64,000 bases of DNA from Ginglymostoma cirratum (taxonomy: Eukaryota), in assembly GCA_024137785.1 (NCBI GenBank), contig JAHRHZ010000029.1:7601253-7665252 (forward strand). The letters run 5' to 3'. The notes under the pieces are model-generated. The model was not told the DNA's origin. It was given only the letters and a program-made list of their open reading frames with translations, and made no database searches. The position numbers were made by a program, and so were the translations under genes. This document shows positions 11,075-23,854 of this stretch, one piece after another. The first letter of the stretch is position 1, and each line of letters opens with the position of its first letter.

Positions 11075-12789
11075 TAGAGATAATAGGAACTGTAGATGCT
11101 GGAGATTCTGAGATAACAAGGTGTAGAGCTGGATGAACACAGCAGGCCAAGCAGCATCATAGGAGCAGGAAATCTTGACGTTTTGGGCCTAGACTCTTCA
11201 TCAGAAATGGGGGAGGGGAAGAGGGTTCTGAAATAAATAGGGAGAGAGGGGGAGGCAGATAGAAGATGGATAGAGGAGAGGATAGGTGGAGAGGAGACAG
11301 ACATGTCAAAGAGGTGGGGATGGAGCCAGTAAAGGTGAGTGTAGGTGGGGAGGTAGGGAGGAGATAGGTCAGTCCAGGGAGGACGGACAGGTCAAGGGGG
11401 TGGGATGAGGTTAGTAGGTAGGAGATGGGGGTGTGGCTTGAGGTGGGAGGAGGGGATAGGTGAGAGGAAGAACAGGTTAGGGAGGCGGGGACGAGCTGGG
11501 CTGGTTTTGGGGTACGGTGGGGGAGGGGACATTTTGAAGCTTGTGAAATCCACATTGATACCATTGGGCTGCAGGGTTCCCAAGCTGAATATGAGTTGCT
11601 GTTCCTGCATCCTTCGGGTGGCATCTTTGTGGCACTGCAGGAGGCCCAGGATGGACATGTCGTCTGAGGAATGGGAGGGGGAGTTGAAATGGTTGGCGAC
11701 TGGGAGGTGCAGTTGTTTATTGTAAACCGAGCGCTGGTGTTCTGCAAAGCGGTCCCCAAGCCTCTGCTTGGTTTCCCCGATGTAGAGGAGGCCACAATGG
11801 GTACAGCGGATGCAGTAAACCGCATTAGCAGATGGGCAGGTGAACATCTGCTTGATGTGGAAAGTCTTCTTGGGGCCTGGGATGGGGGTGAGGGAGGAGG
11901 TGTGTGGGCAGGTCTAGCACTTCCTGCGGTTGCAGGGAAAAGTGCCGGGTGTGGTGGGGCTGGAGGGGAGTGTGGAGCGGACAAGGGAGTCACGGAGAGA
12001 GTGGTCCCTCCGGAAAGCAGACAAGGGTGGGGAGGGAAAGATGTCTTTGGTGGTAGGGTCGGATTGCAGATGGCGGAAGTGTCGGAGGATGATGCGTCGG
12101 ATCTGGAGGTTGGTGGGGTGGTACGTGAGGACGAGGGGGATTCTTTTTTGGTTGTTATTGCAGGGACAGGGTGTGAGGGATGAGTTGCGAGAAATGCGGG
12201 AGACCCGGTCAAGTGCGTTCTCGGCCATTCCGGGGTGGGGGGGAAGTTGCAGTCCTTGAAGAACAAGGACATCTGAGATGTAGGGGAGTGGAATGCCTCA
12301 TCCTGGGAGCAGATGCGGCGGAGGCGAAGGAATTGGGAATAGGGGATGGCATTTTTGCAGTTCAAAATCTCCCCTCCCCCTACTGCATCCCAAAACCAGC
12401 CCAGCTCGTCCCCACCTCCCTAATCTGTTCTTCCTCTCACCTATCCCCTCCTCCCACCTCAAGCCCCACCCCCATTTCCTATCTACTAACCTCAGCCCGT
12501 CCCCTTGACCTGTCCGTCCTCCCTGGAGTGACCTATCTCCTCCCTACCTCCCCACCCACACTCACCTTTACTGGCTCCATCCCTGCCTCTTTGACCTGTC
12601 TGTCTCCTCTCCACCTATCTTCTCCTCTATCCATCCTCTATCCGCCTCCCCCTCTCTCCCTATTTATTTCAGAACCCTCTTCCCCTCCCCCATTTCTGAT
12701 GAAGAGTCTAGGCCCGAAACATCAAGATTTCCTGCTCCTCTGATGCTGCTCGGCCTGCTGTGTTCATCCAGCCCCACACCGTGTTACCT
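11075..12789 (-). mobile_element. Penelope-like (Neptune-like) copy B with inverted terminal arms and a 13-bp TSD
   Basis: ORF 11392-11847 VYCIRCTHCGLLYIGETKQRLGDRFAEH...HF...EQQLIFSLGTLQPNGINVDF (GIY-YIG); linker PLVLTYHP and TFPCNRRKC; arms ~11111-11538 and 12361-12789; TSD ACTGTCAACTAAT at 11062-11074 and 12790-12802. Confidence 0.95.
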
Positions 12790-12990
12790 ACTGTCAACTA
12801 ATCAGGTAGTTTTTGCAAAGTGATGTATTATGATGTGCTTTTGGGGGATACTATGTCATATTTTATCTGTGGCGATGGCCCTTTTAAGAGGAACTGATTC
12901 CTGGTTAACAAACCTAAGTCCCATTGAATGATCATATGACCAAGATGCCTTGGGGCTTGATAGGAGAAAAACAAGGGCAGCATGCTAACT

Positions 12991-14435
12991 CAGAGATGGT
13001 GAGAACTGCAGATGCTGGAGTCAGAGATAACACAGTGTGGAGCTGGAGGAACACACCAGACCAGGCAGCATCAGAGGAGCAGGCAAGTTGATGTTTTAGG
13101 TCAGGGCCTTTCTTCAGAAACCGGGGAGGGGGAAGGAAGCTCTGAAATAAGTAGAGAGAGGAGGGGTGGGGCTGGGGAAGGTAGGTGGATGGTGATAGGT
13201 GAGTACAGGTAGGCAGTGGTGGGGATTGGTCAGTGAGGTGGGAGGAGCAGATAGGTGGGAGAGAAGATGGACAGATTGTGTCAGGACGTGTCAGGTCTAG
13301 GAGGCAGGGATGAAAGGAGGGGATTGGTCATGGGAGAGGCCAGGGGTAGGGAGATTTTGAAACTGGTGAAGTCCACATTGAGACCATTGGGTTGTAGGCT
13401 CCCCAGGCGGAATATGAGGTGCTGCTCCTCCAGTTTCTGGGTGGCATCATTGTGAAATTGGAAGAGGCCCAGGATGGACATGTCACCCAGGGAGTGGGAG
13501 TGGGAGAGGGAGTTTAAATGGTTCGTGACCAGAAGGTGTTGTTGTTTGTCACGAATAGAGCGCAGGTGCTCTACAAAGCAGTCTCTGAGCCTCCACTTGG
13601 TCTCACCGATGTAGAGGAGGCCACATTGGGAGCAGCAGATGCAATAGACCACGTTGACGGATGTGCAGGTGAACCTCTGTCTGATGTGAAAGGTTTGTTT
13701 GGTGCCTTGAATGGAAGTGAGAGGGGAAGCATAGGGGCAGGTGTAAGCACTTCCTGCGGTTGCAGGAAAGGTGCTGGGGGTGGTGGGGCTAGTGGGGAGT
13801 GTGGAGCAGATGAGGGAGTCACGGACAGACCAGTTCCTACGGAAGGTAGATAGGTTGTGGGGTCAGATTGCAGGTGGCGGAAGTGGCAAAGAATGATTCT
13901 TTGGATACAAAGTTTAGGGGGGTGATATGTGAGGATGAGGGGGATTCTGTCTTTGCTTTTGTTGTGGGGAGGGGATGTGAGGGCAGAAGTGCGGGAAAAG
14001 CAAGAGATGCGGTCAAGAGCATTTTTAACTACCGAAGGGGGGATGTTGTGGTCCTTGAAATAAGAGGACATCTGGGAGTTCAGGAGTGGAACGCCCCATC
14101 TTGGGAGCAGACGCGGCAGAGGCAGAGGAGTTGGGAGTAGGGGATTGCATTCTTGCAGGAAGGTCGGTGAGAGGAGGTGTAGTCCTGGTAGCTGTGGGAG
14201 TCGGTGGGTTTGAAATAGATATCGGTGTCGAGGCGGTTACCAGAGATGGAGACAGAGAGGTCTAGGAAGGAGAGATAGGTATCAGAGATGGTCCAGGTGA
14301 ACTTGAGGTTGGGGTGAAAGGCGTTAGTAAAGTTGATGAACTACTCAAGCTCCTCGTGGGAGCACGAGGCAGCGCCGATACAGTCATCAATGTAACGGAG
14401 GAAGAGGTGAGGGATAGTGCCAGTGTAGCTGCAGA
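12991..14435 (-). mobile_element. Penelope-like copy C (divergent subfamily), 5'-truncated within RT
   Basis: Reverse strand ~14370-14410 encodes HLFLRYIDDCIG (RT YIDD); ORF 13281-13652 VYCICCSQCGLLYIGETK (GIY-YIG); TSD AGCATG(C/T)TAACT at 12979-12990 and 14436-14447. Confidence 0.93.
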
Positions 14436-16809
14436 AGCATGTTAACTATTGGGGTGGGTAGGTTCCTAGGCATGGTCCTCTGTTCAAGCAGTTTAATTTT
14501 AGAGTTTTAGCATAAGCTGGAGTGAAGGAAACATCTCTTTTAGCAGAAATCTGTTGAAATTCTTGGAGTTCGCTAAAGGAGTTATAACACTTGTTGACCA
14601 GACAACTCTACTGGTAATGGGTTGAATTTCTGGTATAGCTATGCTGAGGTGTGAGATAGTTTTAGATACAAAACTCAACAGTTAAGGAATATTAGAAAGG
14701 GGATATTCCTGACCCAAGATGCTTAAGGTGCTCAAGGCAACTACATTGAACAAGGAGGTTACAACCTTAGTACAATTACAGGAGATTTGCATGGACAACC
14801 CTGCTGGAAGGCTCAAGAAATCTAACTCCTTCTAGGAATTACTTACACAGTGCCCAAACCAAACACTTAATCTTCCAAGTTTTGATAAGTATATGACCTG
14901 AGAATTTTTCAATGTACATCAAATGGGTGGAGAAAGGGAGTTAAGAATTTAGTTTGAAAAAGTAGTTTTGTTCATTGTGATTTTATTCTCTTTGATGTAA
15001 TTGTAGTAATAGAATCTGGTTACGATAATTCATTTACTTTGTTTTTTTGTTTAAATTCCTTTTGTTTTAAACAGTGACACACGTAGCGTTATTATTTTAA
15101 TGAATACCTTAGTTTTCAGAATCTGAAAAAAAAATCCTCAAAATGTTACTGCTTTTGACTGAAATCATACAACTGGTAGAATTACAATGGGCTGGATGGC
15201 CTCATTCTTTGCAGCATAATTCTATACACTTATATTTTGACTCATAAAATATGCTTTTCTTTTCAAGTGTGTTTCCAGAGCAATATCAAGGAAAATCAAC
15301 CAGTTTGGGTCATATTTGTAAGTGCAATGTACAGCTAATGAGTGCTCTGATAAGACAAGAATAATTTTTCACCAAGCTGTATACTGAAATTCCCCTATGA
15401 TCCAAGCAATGCAGTATATACGGTTAAAGGAATCTTGTACCCATTCCTCTGGGTCTTCTTAGAAAGCTATTCTGAAATGCATCCAAGACCGCTACAATAC
15501 ATTTCGATATGTTGTCAGGGCCAGCTCTGAGTTCATCCAGTCTAATGGCTCCCAGGCTACTTCAGTCTATCATTAAGTCCTCATTTCACTCCTCAGCTAC
15601 TAGTTCTGAAAATGAATTCCAATAGCCTTTGCTTGTAAGTGCAGGCTACCACTGATACACAATCACTTCTTTCTGGAGCTGCAAGAGCCTGACAGTCCCC
15701 AGCAGCAAGCTGTTTAAGCTTCACTGCAAACTGGCATTTACATTTAGCAAGACACTACTCTGTTTGCATTGTGCTGAAACTCTTCCTTTATTTTATCTGA
15801 AAGCACACAGCTATCTGCTGATTGTCACTGACAATGGATGTAGTATCTCTCACTCCGTGACTGGTTGGAAACTGCAGACCAAGCAAATGATAAACTGGAT
15901 CCATCAATGACAAACAGCAGTAGGGAGCCTCAGTGCCTGTGGGTTTAACACAGGTAAAAATAAATTTTCTTGCCTCTTCTCAATTCATTCTATTAGGGAA
16001 GCAATGCATTTATTTTTCATGCGACCATTTGATTGTCACCTTAATTTTGCCTGCCAATTTTCACTGTTTATCAGGGGAATTCTGGGAGACATTGGAATGG
16101 AACACTGTATCCAGGACAGCAATGAAATATTACTGTGTGCAATCATTGACTAGAAAACAAGCTATGGAAAACAGATGGAAACATAAGGTTTCTCTGCCTT
16201 GTGTGTCTCTAGACACAGGATGTCATCTTAAGCCTAAGTCTAATCATTGACTAGCTGGCTCCAATTGAGAAGCTGATTAGACAGATATTTCCAGCACTGT
16301 TATCATGGATTTGCGGACAACCCACTCTGGAGTTATCTTCAAGTTTTAAAAGGACCCAGTTCAAGTGCCAAGACAGTGAGAAAGTGCGACGAAAACAAGT
16401 CAGCAGTGCATCACTGCCAGGAATGCCTTTCAAATGTTTTTGTTTCAAACATACTAATGTTGTCTGTGGCACTAACAATTAATAAAACGTCAAGACAAGA
16501 AAGCAAAGAGTAGTAGATGCCAATCTGTTTGATCCACCAGTTTAACTAAACGTTTCCACTGTGCCCAATACCATCTACAGCATGTATGGTAGCAAATTGC
16601 CCATGGTTTGTTTGGCGACACTTCCCTAATCCACAACCTCCATGGCAAGGCCAGCCCGCGCATGGAAACCATCGTCATTAATTTGGCTCGCTTTAAGTCA
16701 CACATCATCTGGACTTAGCCATTTATCACTGCTTCTTCATAAGTACTCAGTCAATACCCTGAAGCTCTATACCTAACAGCACTGTGAGAGTCACAAACAG
16801 TTTGGACAG

Positions 16810-17000
16810 GCCCAAGAAAAAGATGGAAGGTGGGATTGATTACATGAATAGAAAACAATGGTGCAAAGCGAAACGGGAGGATAATGGGAAGTGGAAATAT
16901 TGATCATGGCCTGAAATTGTCAAACTCAATATTGATGGCAAAAGACTATGAAATGCCTAAGTGACTAATGAGGTAATATTTCTGGTTATTGTTGGGAATG
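16810..17000 (-). mobile_element. Highly decayed PLE GIY-YIG C-terminal/3' fragment
   Basis: CTGAAATTGTCAAACTCAATATTGATGGCAAAAGACTATGAAATGCCTAAGTGACTAATGAGG resembles 13358-13420. Confidence 0.45.
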
Positions 17001-17345
17001 TTGCAATGGTAGCAGACTCATCTTTGAATTAGAAAGGTGTGCATTCAAGACCTCAGCACTGAATTCCAGACATATCAGCATAATACTGCAGGAGTGCTAC
17101 CGTGTTTGTCTTACAAATGAAGCCCCGTCTGCTCATTTGGATGAACATAAAAGATCCCATGGCTCCATTTTGAAAAAGAGCATCTGAGCGGCCTAGTATG
17201 ATCTCATTGCTTTTTGTGGGGTCTTGCTGTGTGTTTATTGGCTGCTGCAATTCCTACATTCCAAGAGTAACTATTTGAAATTATTTGATTTGCAGATGTT
17301 TGGCGGCTGTGAAAAGCACTTCAAAAATGCAAATCTTTGTCTTCA
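17000..17345 (+). mobile_element. DeuSINE (SacSINE1/AmnSINE-like)
   Basis: GGAGTGCT...CCCCGTCTGC...TAAAAGATCCCATGGC...TTTTGAA.AAGAGCA...CTTGCTGTG...TTGGCTGC...TTCCTACATT: Deu-domain signature. Confidence 0.75.
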
Positions 17346-17583
17346 TTTGTTTTCTTTATTGAACTTCAGTGAACCATCATTGGAGTCTGAGGACAGAGGG
17401 ATAAAAGTGAAGGTGGGATTGAGAATCAACGCAACGGGTGACCAGAAGCTCAGCAACAAGCATGCAAGATGAATAAAGATGTTACTCAAGTCAATTGTCT
17501 GATTAGTTTGGTCTTCCAGCTGTATAGAAGACAGCAACATGGACAGCCAATGCAGTGTACTAGCTTGGAAAAACAGGACATGT

Positions 17584-17922
17584 GGCAGCATGGCAGCTCG
17601 GTGATTAGCACTGCTGCCTCACAGAGCCAGGAACCCAGGTTCCACCCTCGGGCAATTGTCTGTGTGGAGGTCGCACGTTTTCCCTGTGTCTGCGTGGGTT
17701 TCCGCCAGGTGATCCAGTTTCCTCCCACACTGCAAAGATGTGCAGGTTGGGTGGACTGGCCAGGCTAAATTACCCCATAGCGTCCAGGGATGTATATGTT
17801 AGGTGGATTAGACATGGGAAATGCAGGGAAAGAAGAATGGGTCTGGGTAGGATGCTCTTCGAAGGGGCAGTGTGGACTTGTTAGGCCAAATGGTCTGTTT
17901 CCACACAGTAGGGACTGTATGA
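17584..17922 (+). mobile_element. HE1-type V-SINE
   Basis: tRNA-like head TTAGCACTGCTGCCTCACAG..CCAGG.ACCCAGGTT, V-domain GTGTCTGCGTGGGTTT...CCTCCCACA..CAAAGATGTGCAGGTT, CR1-type tail. Confidence 0.9.
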
Positions 17923-19684
17923 CAAATAAACACTAGTTCACATGGAAGAAGTGTCTGGGAGGCTGGACAGTGTCAAGGATGGAAGAGCAAGGACAGGGTT
18001 TCCTGTCTTCGGCACTGACACCTGTAGGTGCCAGGAAATGAGTCTAGGTAGCGAAGGAAGGTGGACTGAGGTGACGTGCACATTATACATCTTCTTCCAC
18101 CGGTTTTTTTCAAACTTTTCTGATGCAAATACAAATTTGAAAACCTTAAACTACTTTTTATCAACACCCATTGCGGCGTTTTTGGAAATTAGTGGGCACA
18201 ACTTAGGCTCCTTTGTGTCACTAGCGCAGACGTTACAGTGACTGAAAGGCAAGAAAATGGCATTGCCAGGGACTCTGGCCCTTCAGGCATCACCTGCAGG
18301 GAAGGACGCTGGCCCACATGCAAACCACACATGCAGTGGAGGTGGAATAATTGGTGTAATCTTGATGTCAGGCAGCTCCTTTTGCAGATTTGATGTTACT
18401 ATCCTCAAATATGTCCAAATAACATGTGCCATGATCACTCCTAGTTGACGAAGAGGGGCCCTGGTTTCTCCCTTCTTTTTCTTAAATAATGAAACTAAAT
18501 TTATAATTTTCAAACCTTAAGGCCAGTTTCCTAAACTGAGAGCTTTAGAAAATGAAAATACTTTTCCTGCATTGTACCAGTGCACCAGTAGTCACTTTGT
18601 CCATTTTAAATTCCATTAGTTGCCCCATTGGCTACTTTTTGAAACCTATGCTAAACCCTCCACATTCTTCCTCTTAATTTAATTCGTATCCCCTTGTGAG
18701 TGAAAGTGATCAAAAAAAGCAATGACAAACTCTATAAGCAATGAAAGAGCCCGAAGGCCAATGGGAAACGCCAAGAAACAGTAACCAGAGACTAATGACC
18801 ATTGACTGGGACCAAGGCATTGAGTCCTTTTCCTGTACTAGGAACATTATTAGATACAAGAAAATCACTTAACAAGACTGCCAGTTTATTTTTATGCGTT
18901 ATAGTCTCGCCTGCATTTAATGGGCTGACATAGCCCTTTACCGCTCTCTTTCTTTTAATCTATTTATAACTACCTCTATTAAGTTTACAATGCATAACAG
19001 GAATTAACGGTGTGTACAATTAGAAGCTAAAAATGATTACAATGTAGCTACTAAGCTCTTAATCTATCTTGGGGTCCAGATGGCATTTGCTGTAGCTATC
19101 TACTATGTATTTAATCTTCAATGCTGCAATTCTAATATGTGATTGACAACCATGTGCTACTTGACGTACCTTTTGTGGTTATGCCACCAGTTTGCTGATG
19201 CATTCTTATTTTTAATTATAATACTGCTGCTCGAAGGATGTCAGTGACAACAGTAAGAGTACATCGACCAGCTTTTCAAAATTGCAAAGGGTGAGAGTGT
19301 GTTATAAACCAGTCAAAGGCTCAAGGGAATCAAACCATATTACTTTGTTCTTGCTCCCTTTACATCTGCTTGAACTGAATAAGGATAAGTGCCAAACCAT
19401 ACTTTCTGAAAGAGTCACTTAGAGTTTAGTGGCGTCTGTACCATTTTTTAAAAAATCCTCCATATTACTGAGCACACTCAAAGACCAAAGTGTCAAGATG
19501 TTGAAGCAGTTTATTCTATCTTCCAGTGTATCTGAGCTTTGAACAGTCTCCAAAACATCATGTTCTAATTACATTAATGTATATCATTATGTTCATCAAT
19601 GGAGTTTAGATCCCCCATTACTGACAACAAGTTCCAACTGGAGGCATCTGATTAGATAAATAGATCTCTCACACTTTTCTTGCA

Positions 19685-19782
19685 TACATGGTAGTATCCC
19701 TACTTCTGAGCAGGAGGCCCAGGTTCAAGTCCTACCTCTTCCAGCGGTTTATAATAAAATCTCTGAACAGGTTGATTAGAAA
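19685..19782 (+). mobile_element. Short tRNA-derived SINE
   Basis: A/B-box-like TGGTAGTATCCCTAC...CCCAGGTTCAAGTCC, then a short body ending GGTTGATTAGAAA. Confidence 0.5.
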
Positions 19783-20079
19783 TTTTTTTTTTTTTGCGAT
19801 GTACAGCACACAAGGTAGTGGGATCAGTTGACAAAATGAAATAATTTTCTCAAAAAGTAACAGGATTTTTATTGCTGACAAATCATGCTCCTATATATTA
19901 TGCAATTGTTAAATTGTCATAGCGTTTATTTGCTTTTGTCAGTTTTATTTTCCCCATTTATCTTACATGCAACAACAGTAAAACAGATGATCTGGTCATC
20001 TGTTCCTTTGGGAATTTGTGAGAGCTTGCTGTGTGCAAAGTGGCGAATGACAAGAGCCCACAGGCTGCATCTTACCAGA

Positions 20080-20880
20080 AAATGAATCATTTTTGTTGGG
20101 TTTCATGGAAGCTTTCTGTCCGTGAGTTTGAGGCAGTTTTCTCACACTGTTGTCACAAACTCACCTCATTAGCTTGGTATAACACCCCTATGGTAGCCCA
20201 TGATTCTAATGCTGGCCCGATTCTCCCACCCAGCATTGGCAGAAGTACTCACCACTGCTGAGATATCTCAGAATGTTGGCACTGCCACCATATTTAAAAC
20301 ACACTATATCTAAAACCTGCTCAGGAGGTAGCAGCTCAGGAGGTGCTTTGCATGGTTCATGACATTGTCCCTTAGAATGCAGCTGGTAAAGGGAAAGCAC
20401 CCCACTTTGCAGACAAGGCCCTGGTGCCCTGGTGGACAGTGTAGTGCAGAGGAGGCCAGTCCTCTTCCCCCAAGACTGACAGAGGAGGCCACAGGGAAAT
20501 GAAAGACCTTGACCTCACTCCAGGTGCCCCTACCTCACCAGGAGACAGGGAAGTGCCAGGAGGAACTCAGCCTGAGGAGGAACCACGTACAGGCCCCACA
20601 GAAATCTCCTCTCGGACATTCCAGAGGTGGCTGGGCCTTCCACTTCCACCCTTGCCTACCACCCTCAATGCTCTGGGATGTCAAGGCAAACAGGGTTTCC
20701 ATGGCTCTGGACAGGACACATTCAGCATGTTCATACCCCTAGACATAAATCTCTGACCAAACCTCTGAGGCCAATAGGCTCCACTGCAAGGCAGGCTCCC
20801 TCTACTCCAGCTGCAGAACCTGGGACTGCACTAAGACAGAGTGAGAGGGAAAGAAAGAAGAAGGAGCATAGGTAGAACAG
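20080..20880 (+). mobile_element. Putative PIF/Harbinger-derived Myb/SANT-like ORF remnant
   Basis: 20382-20475 reads AGKGKAPHFADKAL/ALVDSVVQRRPVLFPQD across one frameshift, like the N-terminus of the Myb/SANT-like domain at 62053. Confidence 0.45.
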
Positions 20881-21102
20881 TTGGTTCTTCATTGTAAATA
20901 TGTTCTCACATTTGTAACTATATGTTCTTTTTTTTCATCAGCTTGGTGGGCTAATATCTGTCTAGCGGTAATTACTACAATGAAGGTACAGAGCCCAACC
21001 GTCCTTAGTGCTACACAGTGTTTTATTTGCAAGGCGATGGCTGCTTTGGCAATCTGGGGGAATCTTTTCAGGTTGCAAAACTTCCTTGTGCATCGCACAG
21101 GG

Positions 21103-21500
21103 ACATAGGAACATGAGTATGAGGCCATTCAGCCCCTCAAGCCTTTTCCACCATTTGGTTAGATTGTGTTTGCACTGTGGCCTAACTCCGTATACCCGCC
21201 TTTGGCCCATACCACTTCATACCATTGCTTAACAAAAATTTATCTACCTCAGATTTAAAATTAACAACTGATCCAGCATCCACTGCCATTTGTGAAAGTT
21301 TCAAACATCTACCACCCCTAAAGTGTCGAAGTGCTTCATAACATCTCTCCTGGCCGTACATCTGAGAATATGCCCCCTTATTCTACAATCTCCAACTTGT
21401 AGAAATAGACCCTGTATTTTCCAGTTAATATCTTGAAGACTTCTATCACATCACCCCCTCACCTTTTAAGTTCTAGAGGAATCAGGCCCAGTTTGTAGGA
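21103..21500 (-). mobile_element. CR1 LINE 3' fragment
   Basis: ACATAGGAACATGAGTATGAGGCCATTCAGCCCCTCAAGCC tail, similar to 4801-4860. Confidence 0.75.
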
Positions 21501-23854
21501 TCACAACCATTAATGGGACTGATTCCTAATACTGATGATGGGATCAAGAGAGCTTGGAGCAAGCATTTGGACAGCACACAGGAGGTTCACGAAGCATGGA
21601 GTGGCCTCAGGTGTGTTTCAGCGTCAATGTGTGCATGCCTGTGTCATGCAATTCCCCTTTGAAGGACGTCTCATCATTCAAAAGTGAAGCCCCTTCCCTT
21701 CATAGAATGGAATAGCTACCCTGCCTACTCCAGGTGTAGTCACAGCCATTGTCAGCTCCATGGAGCACTCGTCTTTTACAGCATGATGGAAGGAAACAGC
21801 AGCCATTCCTCTATCACTGCGTCACAGGCTCAACCTCTTACTATTGGGGATTGTCCAAATGTACACACTTCCTTCTTGGTAGCCCACCCTGTCAATCCCA
21901 TAGGCTTTGAACTTTCCCAATTCCCCACTCAACCTGTCTGCCTAAATCTTCATCTCCTCAATTACCCCCTTTCCCCTTGTCTCAGGCAGATAAATATGCC
22001 AGATCTAGTACTGCCCTGTTTCCCAAGTATCCAGGGTGTTGCTCACAGTCCATGGTCCCCCTCCCCTTGTACCCCTTCCCCATCAATGCTTTCTCAACTT
22101 CTTTACTTGTATGTTTAGTTGCCATCCCTTCCTAATTATCGTTCCCATCTGCATCCCAGCGTGCTGCCTCCAGTTCCCACAATTAAATTCCTTCTGAAGC
22201 ACTGGCCCATGATAACACCCCCTTGTCTTTCAGTGGACAGACCCCTAAGACTGACTGTGGCCCACCCCCTTGACAAAGGCCTACTCCCCAGACTACAGAG
22301 GTAAGGACCCCTGACCATGACCACACTGAGCAGTCAATTGACTGCACCCAAGGCCTGGGGCCATTATCAAAGGCAGCTGCTTACTGCTGGGACTTTTTGA
22401 AAGAATTATAAAATGAGATTTTCTGCTCTTGACATTAAGGAGATCCTCATTGGACATCCCACCTGGTTTTCCCAACTTTCCTACTGTAGCCCATGTTATT
22501 CAGGGACTGGGAAGATTCCGCCCTACCATTCAAGAGGACTTCATTAATTGAGACTTTGGGATGTTCTAAAGCTGCCCATAAATACACGTCTTTATTTCTT
22601 TATATGGTTCAGAGCTCATTCATTCGGAAACCTAGCAGAATCAATAGTCCAATGAAAATAGTTAGGGTTCTAATATTGATGTCAGCTAGATTTCCAAGGC
22701 AGGAAGCTCCAATTGTTTTCTTTCCCAGACCTTTTCTAGCCAATGTTTTCAGGATGAGAAGTAACATTTCCTAGTTCTTTGGAGATACAATTGTACACGG
22801 ATACTGCCAGTTGCATTTCCAGGATGGATTCTTGCAGATATATAGTTTCTAGAAGACTTTAAGTAAGAGCTTTAAACATTGAAACTGTAAAATACTGCAT
22901 TAATCAATAAATCTCATTCTGCAGCCATACCTGCAGCCTAAGGCCACAGGGACATTGCCTTTAGTACAGTTGAGTAGGGCAATGTGTTTAACGCAGCAAA
23001 CTACAGCAAGTCAAACTCACTACGGATGAGAGATTTCACAGCATACTTGGCCTCACAGCACGATAGCTTTTTTTTTGTTCCAGTGTAAACATAATTTTGA
23101 TGTCGGGTGAAGATGATTGTTTCAAGTCCCTATCCAACTAAATCAGCTTCTCCTTGCAGGCGAGATCTAGGTCATATCACCTACTGTGGCAGTCAGACTT
23201 TGATGGATCAGAATTAATTCATTCTGCCACACACCAGTGCAAAGAAAATTCATTTGATCCTTATAAATAATGATCCTTTTTTTTCTCCCCATGTCTTCCC
23301 TCTCCCTTTTTCAAACCTTCTTTGCCAATTTTTCTCCTGTTTCCTACTCTCTTGACGATTTCTTGCTGGGGTACAATTCTTCAGTAACAATGTACCCACT
23401 GGCATTTCATCCACCCATTCATTGTACATTAACGTGGACAAAGAACGTTGGCAGGAGCTTTTAGTTGCAAAGCACATTGTAGCTTAAACCGATTGTGTTC
23501 ATATATAAGGACCCCCGATATCAGTCACAAGTCAGAGGCCTCCAGTCGATTGTACTCCCCCTAAATCCAGTGGTACCGAGGCTGACCTAAAGGAGATCAG
23601 ATTTCAGTGTTTCTACGCTGTGTGACTTAGATTTAAACTACAAGAATACTGGTTGGGCCAGGGTTTGGGGGTTTGTTTGGTGTCTATGGTGGGTTACTAA
23701 TGAGTTTTCAAATTACAGATGTTTTCAATACGGAATATCAGAAAATTGCCAAGATTGAAGAACTGAACAGAGCTCACCATTGTGCCATCTATAGGTGCCT
23801 CTGATTAAGTTAAATTATGATAATAGGCTCATTTCAATGCAGATTATAATATGA

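Noticed and set aside
11157-12365. 402-aa Pro/Ser-rich ORF and similar ORFs (12180-12743, 50308-50856, 50881-51567)
   Set aside because: Mostly off-frame or UTR read-through of C/T-rich PLE sequence; the real PLE protein is split by stops and frameshifts
12866-15171. Possible solo LTR (TG...CA) surrounding PLE copy C
   Set aside because: No matching TSD or second copy in the window; boundaries cannot be supported
17584-17660. tRNA-like sequences here and in other SINE heads
   Set aside because: Continue into SINE bodies and LINE-type tails; no complete cloverleaf
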